A DNA stretch of 64,000 nt from a virus: IMG/VR virus record IMGVR_UViG_3300036466_000585, positions 1-64,000 of that record; one strand, 5' to 3'. Below are positions 35,297-44,669 of the stretch, one piece after another. The notes under the pieces were generated by a model. It was not told where the DNA came from. It did no database searches and saw only the letters and a list, made by a program, of their open reading frames with translations. Positions within the stretch are counted from its first letter, which is position 1. Each line of letters begins with the position of its first letter. The position numbers and the translations under genes are program-made.

Positions 35297-36973
35297 ATGC
35301 CTCAGCACTACTACAGCCGCGAGACCGCCGAGGTCGCCGAGTTCATCGACAGCCTGAAGCAGGAGTCGGTCAAGGGCGGCGTCTTCGATTCGGCCGCCGC
35401 TGACGACTTCCTGGCGAATGCCATCAACCAGGCCACCGGCGTCAAGGTGCCGGAGAAACTGCAGGTCGCCCTCGACGAGGCCGACGACAAGACCGCCAGC
35501 ATGGTGACCCGCGCCATTCTGGACGGCGTGGCTGTCTACGAGCAGGCCCACGGCACGTCCTGCCCGGCCGACGTAATGCAGCAGGCGATGCACCTGGCCT
35601 ACGCCACCACCAACGACGCCCGCCGCAAGATGGGCATGCAGCTCGACTCCGCGACCAGCGAGGGCCACGACGCGCACTCGCTCCAGCCCAACCGGGCGGT
35701 GGTCGCCATCCTGGCCACCCTGACCGAGGCTATCCCGTTCGCCCACTACCTGCCGGCGGACATCAACTCGAACGAGGCCAAGCTGGCCATCATGACTCAC
35801 CAGGCCGGCCGCAACTACGGCAGCTACTCCGTGGGCGACATCATGGACGGCGGCAACAGCGGCGACGCCTACATCACCTCCGGCCGCGAGCACAAGTGCA
35901 CTATCGTGACCGACGTCGACGGCCCGACCGGCGACATTACCGGAAAGATCACCGCCGTGCAGGCCACGCCGGAGACCTGCGACCCGGGCGCCGCCACCGT
36001 CAAGCTGCTGCGCGGTCGCTCCCTGGTCTACCTCGACGGCATGATCGTCGCCAAGGAGGTCAACGCCACCGGTACCGGCGCCTCCACCGTCAGCGGTCAG
36101 GCCGAGATCGGCGGCACTACCCACCAGATCGGCGGCACCATCAACCCGGATAACGGCGACATCGCGCTGACCGCCAACCCGCCGCTGCCCGAGTCCGCGC
36201 ATGTGCTGGTGGAGGCCTTCGTCGACTACGAGCGGGCCCCGGAGCTGACTCCGGAGATCATCACCGCCGTCGACACCTTCCAGCTGTTCGCTAAGCCGTG
36301 GCGCGTGACCACTCACCAGACCATCGACAGCCGCACGCAGATGGCCAACGAGCTGGGTCTGGATCCGTACAGCGAGGGCGTGCTCGGCATCCAGTCGCAG
36401 TTCGCCAACGAGCGCCACTACGAGGTGCTGCGCAAGGCTCGCCGCCTGGCGTCCCGCAACCAGGAGAGCTTCGACTTCGCCTGGGCGACGCAGGGCGACT
36501 ACAAGTCACGCTCCGACGTGTGGCGCGACTTCAACGCCGTCGTGGGCGCCGTCAGCCAGCGCATGGCGCTGACCACCATGAACCACGGCGTCACCCACCT
36601 CTACGTGGGCGAGAACGTCGCCGCCCAGATGCAGGGCCTGCCCGCCGATATCTGGGAGCCCTCCGGTGTCGTCGAGCGCCCCGGCATCTTCCGCCTGGGC
36701 CGCCTGTTCGGCCGCTACGACGTCTACTACAGCCCCAAGGTGGTGCTCGAGAGCGGTGGCAGCGCCGAAGTGCTGTGCGTGGGCCGCGCCACCGACGTGA
36801 CCCGCAACCCGTTCGTGCTGGGCGATGCCGTGCCGCCGACCGTGATCCCGCTGGCCACCAACGCCGACCTGAAAAGCGGCGCCGGCTTCTACGCGCGCAA
36901 CTTCACCAGCGTGAACCCGCACCAGCCCAGCTCCACCGGCTGTGCGCTGATCAACGTCACCAACCTGTTCTAA
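35297..36973 (+). CDS. Major capsid protein, P1 gp23-like (558 aa)
   Basis: Size, strongly biased codon usage, and position upstream of the sheath gene as in P1; AGGAG RBS. Confidence 0.75.
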   Translation: MPQHYYSRETAEVAEFIDSLKQESVKGGVFDSAAADDFLANAINQATGVKVPEKLQVALDEADDKTASMVTRAILDGVAVYEQAHGTSCPADVMQQAMHLAYATTNDARRKMGMQLDSATSEGHDAHSLQPNRAVVAILATLTEAIPFAHYLPADINSNEAKLAIMTHQAGRNYGSYSVGDIMDGGNSGDAYITSGREHKCTIVTDVDGPTGDITGKITAVQATPETCDPGAATVKLLRGRSLVYLDGMIVAKEVNATGTGASTVSGQAEIGGTTHQIGGTINPDNGDIALTANPPLPESAHVLVEAFVDYERAPELTPEIITAVDTFQLFAKPWRVTTHQTIDSRTQMANELGLDPYSEGVLGIQSQFANERHYEVLRKARRLASRNQESFDFAWATQGDYKSRSDVWRDFNAVVGAVSQRMALTTMNHGVTHLYVGENVAAQMQGLPADIWEPSGVVERPGIFRLGRLFGRYDVYYSPKVVLESGGSAEVLCVGRATDVTRNPFVLGDAVPPTVIPLATNADLKSGAGFYARNFTSVNPHQPSSTGCALINVTNLF

Positions 36974-36985
36974 GGGGAGTAGCAC

Positions 36986-37534
36986 ATGACTCGACTGGTG
37001 ATTGGGCGCCCCGTGGTGGGCAAGACCGGCGCCAATGAAGCGGCCAAGCAGGCGTTCAGCGGGGAGAAGTTCCCCCTGACCGTGCGGGTCGTCAACAAGA
37101 TGACCGTCGTCCTCAGTCTGCCCGAGGCCGGCATCAAGCTCCGCCCACTGGCCAGTGGCGTGGCCACCTTCCGCGACTTCGACCGCCTCCAGCGCGCGGT
37201 GTCGAGCCTCGAGCAGATTGCGCGCCTCAACAATGCCAAGGCGCTGGTCGAGCTCGTGGCCGGCGAGACCGCAGGCGAAGCCGACCAGGAAAGCGGTGGC
37301 GAGACCACTGGCGAGGGAGGTGGCCAGGCCTCGAGCGAAAGCGAAGCCGACGGCAATCAGTCCGGCGACCCGGCGGTTACCGTGATTCAGGACGACGACG
37401 AGGCCTTCATCGTCGAGGTGCAGGGCGTTCGCTTCGAGCCGCTGCGCAACCAGGTGTGGGAAGACGGCACGCTGACCGCCGGTGGGCTCAAGGCCTTCGA
37501 GGAAGCCAAGGCCGCCGCCGAGTCCGCAGAGTAA
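36986..37534 (+). CDS. Hypothetical virion-associated protein
   Basis: GGAG RBS; between capsid and sheath. Confidence 0.6.
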   Translation: MTRLVIGRPVVGKTGANEAAKQAFSGEKFPLTVRVVNKMTVVLSLPEAGIKLRPLASGVATFRDFDRLQRAVSSLEQIARLNNAKALVELVAGETAGEADQESGGETTGEGGGQASSESEADGNQSGDPAVTVIQDDDEAFIVEVQGVRFEPLRNQVWEDGTLTAGGLKAFEEAKAAAESAE

Positions 37535-37548
37535 GGGGGTAGCAACCG

Positions 37549-39201
37549 ATGAGCGTGTCATTCGTTCGACAGCTCGGGGCCGAATCGGGGGTTCAGCTGA
37601 ACCCCCTGGTCGACAACTCCGAGATCCCGACGACCGGGATGCAAGACCAGGTGTTCGCTATCGCCATGCGCGCCACGCGCGGGCGTATCGATCGCGCCTT
37701 CAAGGTCAACCGCAGCGACGTCCGCCAGCGCCTGGGGCACGGCGAGCCGATGCGCGACAACGAGCTCAACGAGGCCTATGTCCACGTCCGCGAGGCGCTG
37801 GACAGCGGCGCCTACGAGGCCGTGGTGGCGCGCCTGCATTCCGATGCCGCCGTGCTGAGCTGGATCGTTGCCACCGAGGTGCTGGACGACGTGTCCAGCG
37901 AGCCCACCGGTGAAATCGCGTTCACCGTCTCCGAGACTGAGCCGGCGACCGACTTCCTGTTCGCCGTGAAGCATCTGGAGTGCTTCAACGATGGCGTCAT
38001 GGTCGAGTTCCGCGCCGACGAGAAGCGCGAGGGCGGGGTCAACGTCGCCAACGACGTCATTACCCTGCGCCTACTGGAGCCCAACGGCGAGAAGCTGATC
38101 GAGATCACCGGCTCCCTGGATCGCGACGCCAAGGACGACAACGGCAACAGCTTCTACCTGCCGACCGTCATCGAGGCGCGCACCGACCGCCTGGAGGTGA
38201 TCACCGGGGCTACGACCACCATCGCGCCGGAATCCGACGCCTACGGCTACGACGGCCTGTACCGCGAGAAGTGGTCGACCTCCGCGGTCATGAGCTACTT
38301 CGACGAGGGCGGTACCGCCTACACCGTCGATGACTACGTGCGTGCTCGCGAGCAGCTGTACGGCACCCAGCACGGCTATGCCTACATCGCCTCCGGCGGG
38401 AGCGAGGCCCCGGGGCTGATCGCCGAGCTGGCGAGCCTGGCCTTCGACACCAACCGCCAGCTGCGCATCGACGTTCCCGGCGGACTGGACGTGGAGGGCG
38501 CCATCGCCTTCGTGGAGCAGATGAACCTGGGCGGCCAACCCGAGGCCCACCTGCTGCATGCCTTCTGGGCGCCGCTGAAGTCCATGGACCCGACCGGCAT
38601 CAACGGCAAGCGCCACTTCGGTACCGCCACGCTCAACATCGCCATGGCGTGCGGGCGCAATGCGCGGATCAACGCCAAGGGCTTCGCGCCCAAGCACTAC
38701 CCGGTGGCCGGGCGCGAATGGCCTATCAGCCGTCAGGGCATCGTGCAGACCTACAGCCCCAACAACCAGGAGCTCAACGCCCTGGCCCGGGCGAAGATCA
38801 ACCCGGTGATCTTCGAGAACTACTCCGGGGGCGGGCGTTATGTGTTCCGCGACTCGCTGACCAGCGCCATGGTCGACTCCAGCCTGAAGAAGCTGATCGC
38901 CGTCGCCGACATGTCGACTTCCATCGACGACGCCGTGACTCGCTTCGGCAAGGACATCCTGCAGCTGCCGATGACGGTCGCCATCAAGAAGATGCGCGAC
39001 TTCCTGACCACGCATTTCGAGGCGGCTCAGGCATCTGGCTGGCTGGTGCCGTCCGACGACCCGGCGATGAATGGCGCGGCCTGGCGCTTTGAGGTGCAGC
39101 CCAACGAGCAGCGGCCCTATGAGCTGATGGATGTCCGTTACTGGCTGCGCTACGACGGCACCACTCGCCAGATCCACGTGACCCAGACGCTGAGCCGCTA
39201 A
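37549..39201 (+). CDS. Tail sheath protein, P1 gp22-like
   Basis: 550 aa; 'RGRIDRAFKV' and 'ELNALARAKINPV...FRDSLT' sheath-like motifs. Confidence 0.75.
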   Translation: MSVSFVRQLGAESGVQLNPLVDNSEIPTTGMQDQVFAIAMRATRGRIDRAFKVNRSDVRQRLGHGEPMRDNELNEAYVHVREALDSGAYEAVVARLHSDAAVLSWIVATEVLDDVSSEPTGEIAFTVSETEPATDFLFAVKHLECFNDGVMVEFRADEKREGGVNVANDVITLRLLEPNGEKLIEITGSLDRDAKDDNGNSFYLPTVIEARTDRLEVITGATTTIAPESDAYGYDGLYREKWSTSAVMSYFDEGGTAYTVDDYVRAREQLYGTQHGYAYIASGGSEAPGLIAELASLAFDTNRQLRIDVPGGLDVEGAIAFVEQMNLGGQPEAHLLHAFWAPLKSMDPTGINGKRHFGTATLNIAMACGRNARINAKGFAPKHYPVAGREWPISRQGIVQTYSPNNQELNALARAKINPVIFENYSGGGRYVFRDSLTSAMVDSSLKKLIAVADMSTSIDDAVTRFGKDILQLPMTVAIKKMRDFLTTHFEAAQASGWLVPSDDPAMNGAAWRFEVQPNEQRPYELMDVRYWLRYDGTTRQIHVTQTLSR

Positions 39202-39210
39202 GGAGAAACC

Positions 39211-39924
39211 ATGAGTGAACTGCAGAACGTGCTCCGCGGGCTGATGTACCCCGCGAAGCGTGAGCCCAAACCCGCTGCCGATCCCGAGGGCACGCCCCGG
39301 CGCTTCCTGGTGCTCGACGACGCGGGCGAGCCGGTGCTCGACTCCGCCGGCGAATATGAGCACATGAGCCTGCGCATGGATGCCGTCGCCGTCATCCAGC
39401 AGTGGATCGAGGAAGACGACCTGGACGATGGCGAGAGCAGCGCCGACCGGCTGCTGGCGATGATGGTCGGCATCGCCGACGACAACCAGGACGGCGAGCT
39501 CGACGAGGACGAGAACGAGGTGGTCGACGTCGCCCGTGAGGCGGCCTGGGATTACCTGTCCGCCGTGGGGATCGAGGACGAGGATATCGGCCTGCTGCTG
39601 GACGACTGGGACGACGAGGCCGCCGAGCGCATCCGCGACGCCGTGGCGGCCGCGCTGCCCGACGGGGATGCCGCCTTCGACGCCATCGACGACTTCACCT
39701 TCGACGAGGCCGACCAGGAGCCGGTGTTCGACGCCGCCTATCGGAAGCGAACCGTGGTTCGAAACGGCAAGAAGAAGCGCGTCAACAAGCGCGTGGCCGG
39801 CAACGTGCGGCTGTCCGGCAAGCAGAAGCTGGCCATCCGCAAGGCGCGCAAGAAGGCTCATAACCCGCGGGCCAAGGCGCGTCGCCTGAAGTCCATGAAA
39901 GTGCGCCGCCGCATGGGCATGTAA
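39211..39924 (+). CDS. Acidic/basic bipartite protein (P1 gp21 position; possible head core protein)
   Basis: D/E-rich body and a K/R-rich C-terminal ~60 aa. Confidence 0.55.
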   Translation: MSELQNVLRGLMYPAKREPKPAADPEGTPRRFLVLDDAGEPVLDSAGEYEHMSLRMDAVAVIQQWIEEDDLDDGESSADRLLAMMVGIADDNQDGELDEDENEVVDVAREAAWDYLSAVGIEDEDIGLLLDDWDDEAAERIRDAVAAALPDGDAAFDAIDDFTFDEADQEPVFDAAYRKRTVVRNGKKKRVNKRVAGNVRLSGKQKLAIRKARKKAHNPRAKARRLKSMKVRRRMGM

Positions 39925-39946
39925 TCCGACGACGGGTGGGGTGCTT

Positions 39947-39969
39947 GGCGGCCAGTGGCCGCCTTTTTT
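39947..39969 (+). terminator. Rho-independent terminator
   Basis: GGCGGCC-AGT-GGCCGCC-TTTTTT. Confidence 0.75.
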
Positions 39970-39985
39970 CTGACGGGAGCCTGAT

Positions 39986-40747
39986 ATGACGCTGCCATTT
40001 ACCGGCCTGGGGCCGTTGTGGGACGGCATCAATCCCAGCCTGATCGCCTCGATCTACGAGGTGGATCACAAGGGCGAGCCGCTCGACGAGAGCGCGCGCG
40101 TCCGCTGTCTGTTCGTCGACGACGCCAACCTGGAGGCGACCTTCAACTGGCAATCGCCGTTCGATGGCGCCGGCCCCGAGGCGAGGGCGCCGACGCTGGC
40201 CGCCATGCTGCAAAGCGGGGCCATTCAGCCCATTGCCGAGCGACTGGGCGAGGGCGCGGGGAGCGCCACCAAAGAGGTCAGCGAGACCGCGCGCGGGCGC
40301 ACGGGCATCACCAAGCTCAACAGCACGCAAGTGTTCAGCGGTATGCCGCCCATCCGCCTGCAGACCACGCTCATGCTGCGCGCCTGGCGCGACCCCGGCG
40401 CTGAGGTCGAGGAGCCGCTAGACCAGCTCATGCGCTGGGTGTTGCCCCAGTACCTGGCTCCTGAGGGAACGCTGCTGACCGCAGCGCTGGACTGGTACCA
40501 GCAGGGCGAGCGCGACGTGAACGGCTTCGTCGAGGCGGCCATGCCGTCGGCAGCGCCTTCCCTGCTGGCCATCCGCTACAAGGGTCGCACCTATGCCCCG
40601 ATGGTCGTCGAGAGTATCGGCGTGCCGCTCAATTCCCCCTCCGACAAGTTCGGTCGATTCATCCAACTCCAGCTGCCGGTGACGTTCAGCACGCTGACCG
40701 CCATTGATCGCCACGACTGGGATGCCATGAAAGGAGAGTCCCGATGA
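39986..40747 (+). CDS. Tail/baseplate protein (tube-initiator-like)
   Basis: Position, plus a beta-rich C-terminus 'PMVVESIGVPLNSP'. Confidence 0.5.
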   Translation: MTLPFTGLGPLWDGINPSLIASIYEVDHKGEPLDESARVRCLFVDDANLEATFNWQSPFDGAGPEARAPTLAAMLQSGAIQPIAERLGEGAGSATKEVSETARGRTGITKLNSTQVFSGMPPIRLQTTLMLRAWRDPGAEVEEPLDQLMRWVLPQYLAPEGTLLTAALDWYQQGERDVNGFVEAAMPSAAPSLLAIRYKGRTYAPMVVESIGVPLNSPSDKFGRFIQLQLPVTFSTLTAIDRHDWDAMKGESR

Positions 40748-41502
40748 TCCACTTCCCGGTGCTGCGCACCCGCCGACTGACGGTGCGCATGAAGGAGCTG
40801 GCGATGATCGACGCCATCGCCCTGGCGGCGATACCGCCGCACCTCAACGAGGAGGCCACCACTGCCTTTCTGCGCGCCGCCGTCGATGATGTGCAAGGGG
40901 TGGAGAGCCCCGAGGACTGGACGGTGCAGGAGCGCACCATGGCCGTCTGCCACTACATGGCGTCCACGCTCGACGATGGCCCGGACTTCAGCCTGGCCGA
41001 CGGCAAGGCCAGCTTCTCCGACTACCTGCTGGGTGAGCAGGACTACCCGGGGGAGTGCGTCGAGGTCGGCACCCTCGAAGGCGACCGCTGGGAGGCGCGC
41101 CACCTAACTGGGGCCCTGGCCGGCGCCATCGAGCGCCTGCAGGGTGAGCTGCCCGGGGTGTCCGGGCATGCCCACTGGCGTATCGGCCGCATGGCGGCCC
41201 AGCTGATCCCCAACGGCGATGCCGTACCGTCTTCCGGCGACGTCGATGCCGCGCTGATCGAGCGCATGCGGGTCATCGCCAACTACCCGGAGAGCGCCTT
41301 CGTCCAGCTGATGGACGCTTTCGAGCGCGCCCGGGCAGAGCTTGATCACCTGTTCCTGGTGGATACGGACGAGCACGGCTTGATGGCCCTGCCAAGGGAG
41401 GGCAGCGCGGCTGAAAAGCCGCCTGCGCGATTTCCAGTTGGCACCTGCATCACCGACCTCGCGCTCTACCTGGGCGGAAAACCAGCGGCTGCTGGCCCAT
41501 AG
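40744..41502 (+). CDS. Tail assembly chaperone, P1 PmgB-like
   Basis: 'DAIALAAIP...EEATTAFLRA...WTVQER' resembles recalled PmgB; followed by an overlapping +1-frame ORF. Confidence 0.6.
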   Translation: MIHFPVLRTRRLTVRMKELAMIDAIALAAIPPHLNEEATTAFLRAAVDDVQGVESPEDWTVQERTMAVCHYMASTLDDGPDFSLADGKASFSDYLLGEQDYPGECVEVGTLEGDRWEARHLTGALAGAIERLQGELPGVSGHAHWRIGRMAAQLIPNGDAVPSSGDVDAALIERMRVIANYPESAFVQLMDAFERARAELDHLFLVDTDEHGLMALPREGSAAEKPPARFPVGTCITDLALYLGGKPAAAGP

Positions 41503-41716
41503 CCTCGCCCTATATTCGTCGACATCGCTGCCCGATGCGCTACGCATGACGCACAGCGAGGCCGAGGCCTTCTTCGAGGGCAAGGCCTACGCCGATTGGC
41601 GCAAGGGCAAAGAGCAGGAACTGAAGCTGCAGGCGGCCGTGAATGACCGGCTCAACGGGGTGATTCGCGCCTGTGGCGCCATCGTGAAGACAGTGGCATC
41701 GCTAGGGCGCCGGTGA
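41432..41716 (+). CDS. Probable frameshift extension of the tail chaperone (GT-like)
   Basis: Open +1 frame with no RBS-backed start; fills the gap to the holin. Confidence 0.5.
   Translation, partial: FQLAPASPTSRSTWAENQRLLAHSLALYSSTSLPDALRMTHSEAEAFFEGKAYADWRKGKEQELKLQAAVNDRLNGVIRACGAIVKTVASLGRR
41474..41516 (+). promoter_or_regulatory. Candidate late promoter 3 (intragenic; upstream of lysis genes)
   Basis: GGAAAA 41476-41481, 29 nt, TATATT 41511-41516. Confidence 0.6.
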
Positions 41717-41760
41717 TAGGCGCCGCAAAGGTGCCGGCCATGCGCAATGAGGAGGGCGAT

Positions 41761-42117
41761 GTGGCAGAACCAACGACCAGCGCAGCGGCGGCAACGGCGA
41801 CAGCGACCGGTATCGGGCTGGCGGCCCTGCTGCCCTGGATCAACGCCAACGCCCTGATGGGAGCCGCCCTGGGGGCCGGGCTGGTGGCCTACACCAAGAC
41901 CGACCTTCGGGCCTGGCAGCGTATCGGCGCGCTGCTGTTCTCCGCCCTGTGCGGCTACCTGATGACGCCCGAGATCGTCGCCCAGACCCCGGTCACCCAT
42001 GACGGGGCCGGCGGCTTCATCGGCGCCATTGTGATCGTCCCGCTGTCGCTGAAACTCATCCAGCACGTCGAAAGGTTCGACCTGGCGACGTGGCTCGACC
42101 GCCGCAAAGGCAAGTGA
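41761..42117 (+). CDS. Putative holin
   Basis: GAGGAGG RBS plus GTG; about 3 hydrophobic segments and a basic C-terminus. Confidence 0.7.
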   Translation: MAEPTTSAAAATATATGIGLAALLPWINANALMGAALGAGLVAYTKTDLRAWQRIGALLFSALCGYLMTPEIVAQTPVTHDGAGGFIGAIVIVPLSLKLIQHVERFDLATWLDRRKGK

Positions 42118-42126
42118 GGCGAGGCA

Positions 42127-42435
42127 ATGGCTGAGACGAGCGTTATCCAGAGCATCGCACCCGTCGTGGCGGCGTTCAGTTACTTCATCGCGGCCGTGCG
42201 GCTGGCCACTTTCCGGCGTGGCAGCCGCCGCTACAAGCGCCACCTGTCGCTATTCGCCAGCGCCCTCATCGGCACCCTGCTGTGTGCCGGGCTCGAGGTC
42301 GTATTCCTCGAGCCGGAGGTGAGCGTCTTCCAGAGCGCGCTGGCCCTGCTGTTCTGTGTCCTGACGCTACGCGCGCGGGGCAATGTCGCCACCCTGATGA
42401 GGATGCCCCATGACGGATCTACTCAAGCGCGGTAG
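42127..42435 (+). CDS. Holin-family membrane protein
   Basis: 3 TM segments; C-terminal 'RARGNVATL'. Confidence 0.7.
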   Translation: MAETSVIQSIAPVVAAFSYFIAAVRLATFRRGSRRYKRHLSLFASALIGTLLCAGLEVVFLEPEVSVFQSALALLFCVLTLRARGNVATLMRMPHDGSTQAR

Positions 42436-43210
42436 CCGCAGCGATGCGGTGCGCCACCTGCAACGCGAACTTGGCTTCGCTGGCGATGATGTCGACGGCA
42501 TCTACGGGGCTATGACCGAGCGCGCCGTGCGGCGCTTCCAGAAGTCGAGAGGCCTGGTCGCCGACGGCATCGCCGGCCCGAAGACGTTCGAGGCGCTGTC
42601 CGGCGAGGACACGGCGCGCCGCCTTGGCCAGGGCGATATCGAGCGCGTCGCCGCGAGACTGGGAGTCGAGGCGGCGGCCGTTATGGCGGTCAATGAGGTC
42701 GAGTCCAGGGGTAGCGGCTTCCTCGACGATGGTCGTCCGGTGATCCTTTTCGAGCGTCACGTTATGCGGCGCAATCTGCGCGACATCGGGCGCGACGCCG
42801 ACCTGCTGGCACGCCACCTGCCGGAAGTCGTCAACAGCACGCCTGGCGGCTATGACGGCGGCGCTGACGAGCACCGTCGCCTGCACCTGGCGCGCCAGAT
42901 CGATGAGGGCTGCGCCATCTGCGCGGCGTCCTGGGGTCTGTTCCAGATCATGGGGCATCACTACGCCAGGCTGGGATTTGACACGCCGCAGGAGATGGAG
43001 GCGGCAGCCGGCGACAGCGAGGGGGCCCAGCTGGAGATGTTCGCCGCGTTCATCGAGTCCGATCCGCGTCTGCACCAGGCGCTTCGAGCGCACGACTGGG
43101 AGGCGTTCGCGCGGATCTACAACGGCCCGGCCTATGCCAAGCATGACTACCACGGCCGCATGGCGGCGGCATTCGACAACCACAGCGAGGCGCTGAAGGA
43201 GGCGGCATGA
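42410..43210 (+). CDS. Endolysin: peptidoglycan-binding domain plus N-acetylmuramidase (DUF3380 type)
   Basis: 'DGIYG...AVRRFQ...DGIAGPKT'; 'AVNEVESRG...ILFERH...SWGLFQIMG...FARIYNGP'. Confidence 0.9.
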   Translation: MTDLLKRGSRSDAVRHLQRELGFAGDDVDGIYGAMTERAVRRFQKSRGLVADGIAGPKTFEALSGEDTARRLGQGDIERVAARLGVEAAAVMAVNEVESRGSGFLDDGRPVILFERHVMRRNLRDIGRDADLLARHLPEVVNSTPGGYDGGADEHRRLHLARQIDEGCAICAASWGLFQIMGHHYARLGFDTPQEMEAAAGDSEGAQLEMFAAFIESDPRLHQALRAHDWEAFARIYNGPAYAKHDYHGRMAAAFDNHSEALKEAA

Positions 43211-43656
43211 ACCTGATCACCAATATCGTCGGTACCGTGGCAAAGCCCGTGTTCGACATCATCGACAAGGCGGTCACCGACAAGGACCAGGCTGCCCGGC
43301 TCAAGGCCGATTTGCAGCGTCGCCTGATCGACCAGCAAGATGCCGGCCTGAAGGCGCAGATGCAGATCATCCTCGCCGAGGCGACGGGCGAGAGCTGGGC
43401 GCAGCGCAACTGGCGCCCGGTGTTGATGCTGGTCATCGTCGCGATCATCGCCAACAACTACCTGCTTGCGCCTTACCTGGGGGCCATGTTTGGCGTCGGG
43501 CTCCAGCTCGAGCTGCCCGAGCACATGTGGAACCTGATGACGCTGGGCGTCGGCGGCTACATCGCCGGCCGGTCGGGGGAGAAGATTGCCGGCACGCTCA
43601 AGCGGGGCAGCGATTCAGGGGGTGGCAACCTGATGGGCAGCATCGACACACGGTAG
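43207..43656 (+). CDS. 3TM (GTA-type) holin-like protein
   Basis: 'AEATGESWAQRNWRP...LGVGGYIAGRSGEK'. Confidence 0.75.
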   Translation: MNLITNIVGTVAKPVFDIIDKAVTDKDQAARLKADLQRRLIDQQDAGLKAQMQIILAEATGESWAQRNWRPVLMLVIVAIIANNYLLAPYLGAMFGVGLQLELPEHMWNLMTLGVGGYIAGRSGEKIAGTLKRGSDSGGGNLMGSIDTR

Positions 43657-43666
43657 CGGTAGTCGA

Positions 43667-43710
43667 CCAGGAAAACCGAGACCCTTGCAGCCTTGGGGCG
43701 GCGATACGCT
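43667..43710 (+). promoter_or_regulatory. Candidate late promoter 4 (tube operon)
   Basis: GGAAAA 43670-43675, 29 nt, TACGCT 43705-43710. Confidence 0.7.
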
Positions 43711-43781
43711 GGCACCCCAAGGCCATGCTGCGCCATGGCTGCGTCGCCTCCGACTCACGCTGACCCAACGGGAATAACGCC

Positions 43782-44282
43782 ATGACCGTATCTACCGCCA
43801 ACTACCTCAAGGGTTTTTACGACCAGACGAAGGCCATGGGCCAAAAGGTCGTGAACTCCGACTTCACCTTCGAGATCGAGGGGTTCGAGCAGACCTACCT
43901 ACTGGCCCGGCAGTGCCCGTGGCCGACGGTTGCCACGCAAGGCGAAATCGAGGTGCCGACCCCGCTGGGCGCCGCGGCGTTTGAGCCGCAGCAGATCCGC
44001 ACCAACCACCAGGGGCAGGTGACCCTGATGGAAGTGACGGCCGGCACCATTGACCAGATGCTGGTCGACATCATCGCCAACGGTGGCACCTTCAACGCCA
44101 AGATCTACGAGGGCACGCCCGAGCGTTACCTGCGCTACAAGCGCATCACCGATGCCTTCGTCCAGATCGACGATCCGGACCGCGACTGGGAGAACCGCAG
44201 CCAGGTTCTCACCTTCAGCGGCACCATGTTCTTCCACTACTTCGGCGAGATCGTGGAAGGCAACAGCACGGATTACCGCTGA
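43782..44282 (+). CDS. Tail tube protein (P1 BplB-like)
   Basis: 166 aa; tube-like sequence; own promoter. Confidence 0.65.
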   Translation: MTVSTANYLKGFYDQTKAMGQKVVNSDFTFEIEGFEQTYLLARQCPWPTVATQGEIEVPTPLGAAAFEPQQIRTNHQGQVTLMEVTAGTIDQMLVDIIANGGTFNAKIYEGTPERYLRYKRITDAFVQIDDPDRDWENRSQVLTFSGTMFFHYFGEIVEGNSTDYR

Positions 44283-44659
44283 TGGCCACCCTGGCGAGCC
44301 TGGCGACCCGGTTTGCCGAGCACGAGCGCGGCGCCGCCAACATCCTGCCGCCCGAGTCCGTCACGGCCCTGGCCGTGGCGGCGGTGTCGTTCTACGCCGG
44401 CTTCGCCGAGCTCACGCACCTGACCGACGGCGCCGATATCGATGAGAACCTGGAGGTCACGGTGTCCGAGTGGGCGGAGATTCGCCCGCTGTTCGTGCTC
44501 TACGTCGAGCGCGAGAACGCGCTGCAGCTGGAGGCGACCGGCATCCTCAGTGCCGGCGGCGGCTTCGGGCGGTCCAGCTCCGAGGTCGGCGGCGAGATTG
44601 CCCAGATGGAAGCCGAGCTGCCGCGTCGCGTCTTCTATCACCCGGTCATCACGATCTAG
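44282..44659 (+). CDS. P1 UpfB-like protein
   Basis: 'SEWAEIRPL...LEAT...FGRSSSEV...LP..VF' resembles recalled UpfB. Confidence 0.5.
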   Translation: MATLASLATRFAEHERGAANILPPESVTALAVAAVSFYAGFAELTHLTDGADIDENLEVTVSEWAEIRPLFVLYVERENALQLEATGILSAGGGFGRSSSEVGGEIAQMEAELPRRVFYHPVITI

Positions 44660-44669
44660 GGGGTAGGGC

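Noticed and set aside
41470-41485. GGAAAAC as a -1 slippery site for the tail chaperone
   Set aside because: The downstream open frame is +1, not -1; this hexamer fits the late-promoter motif instead.
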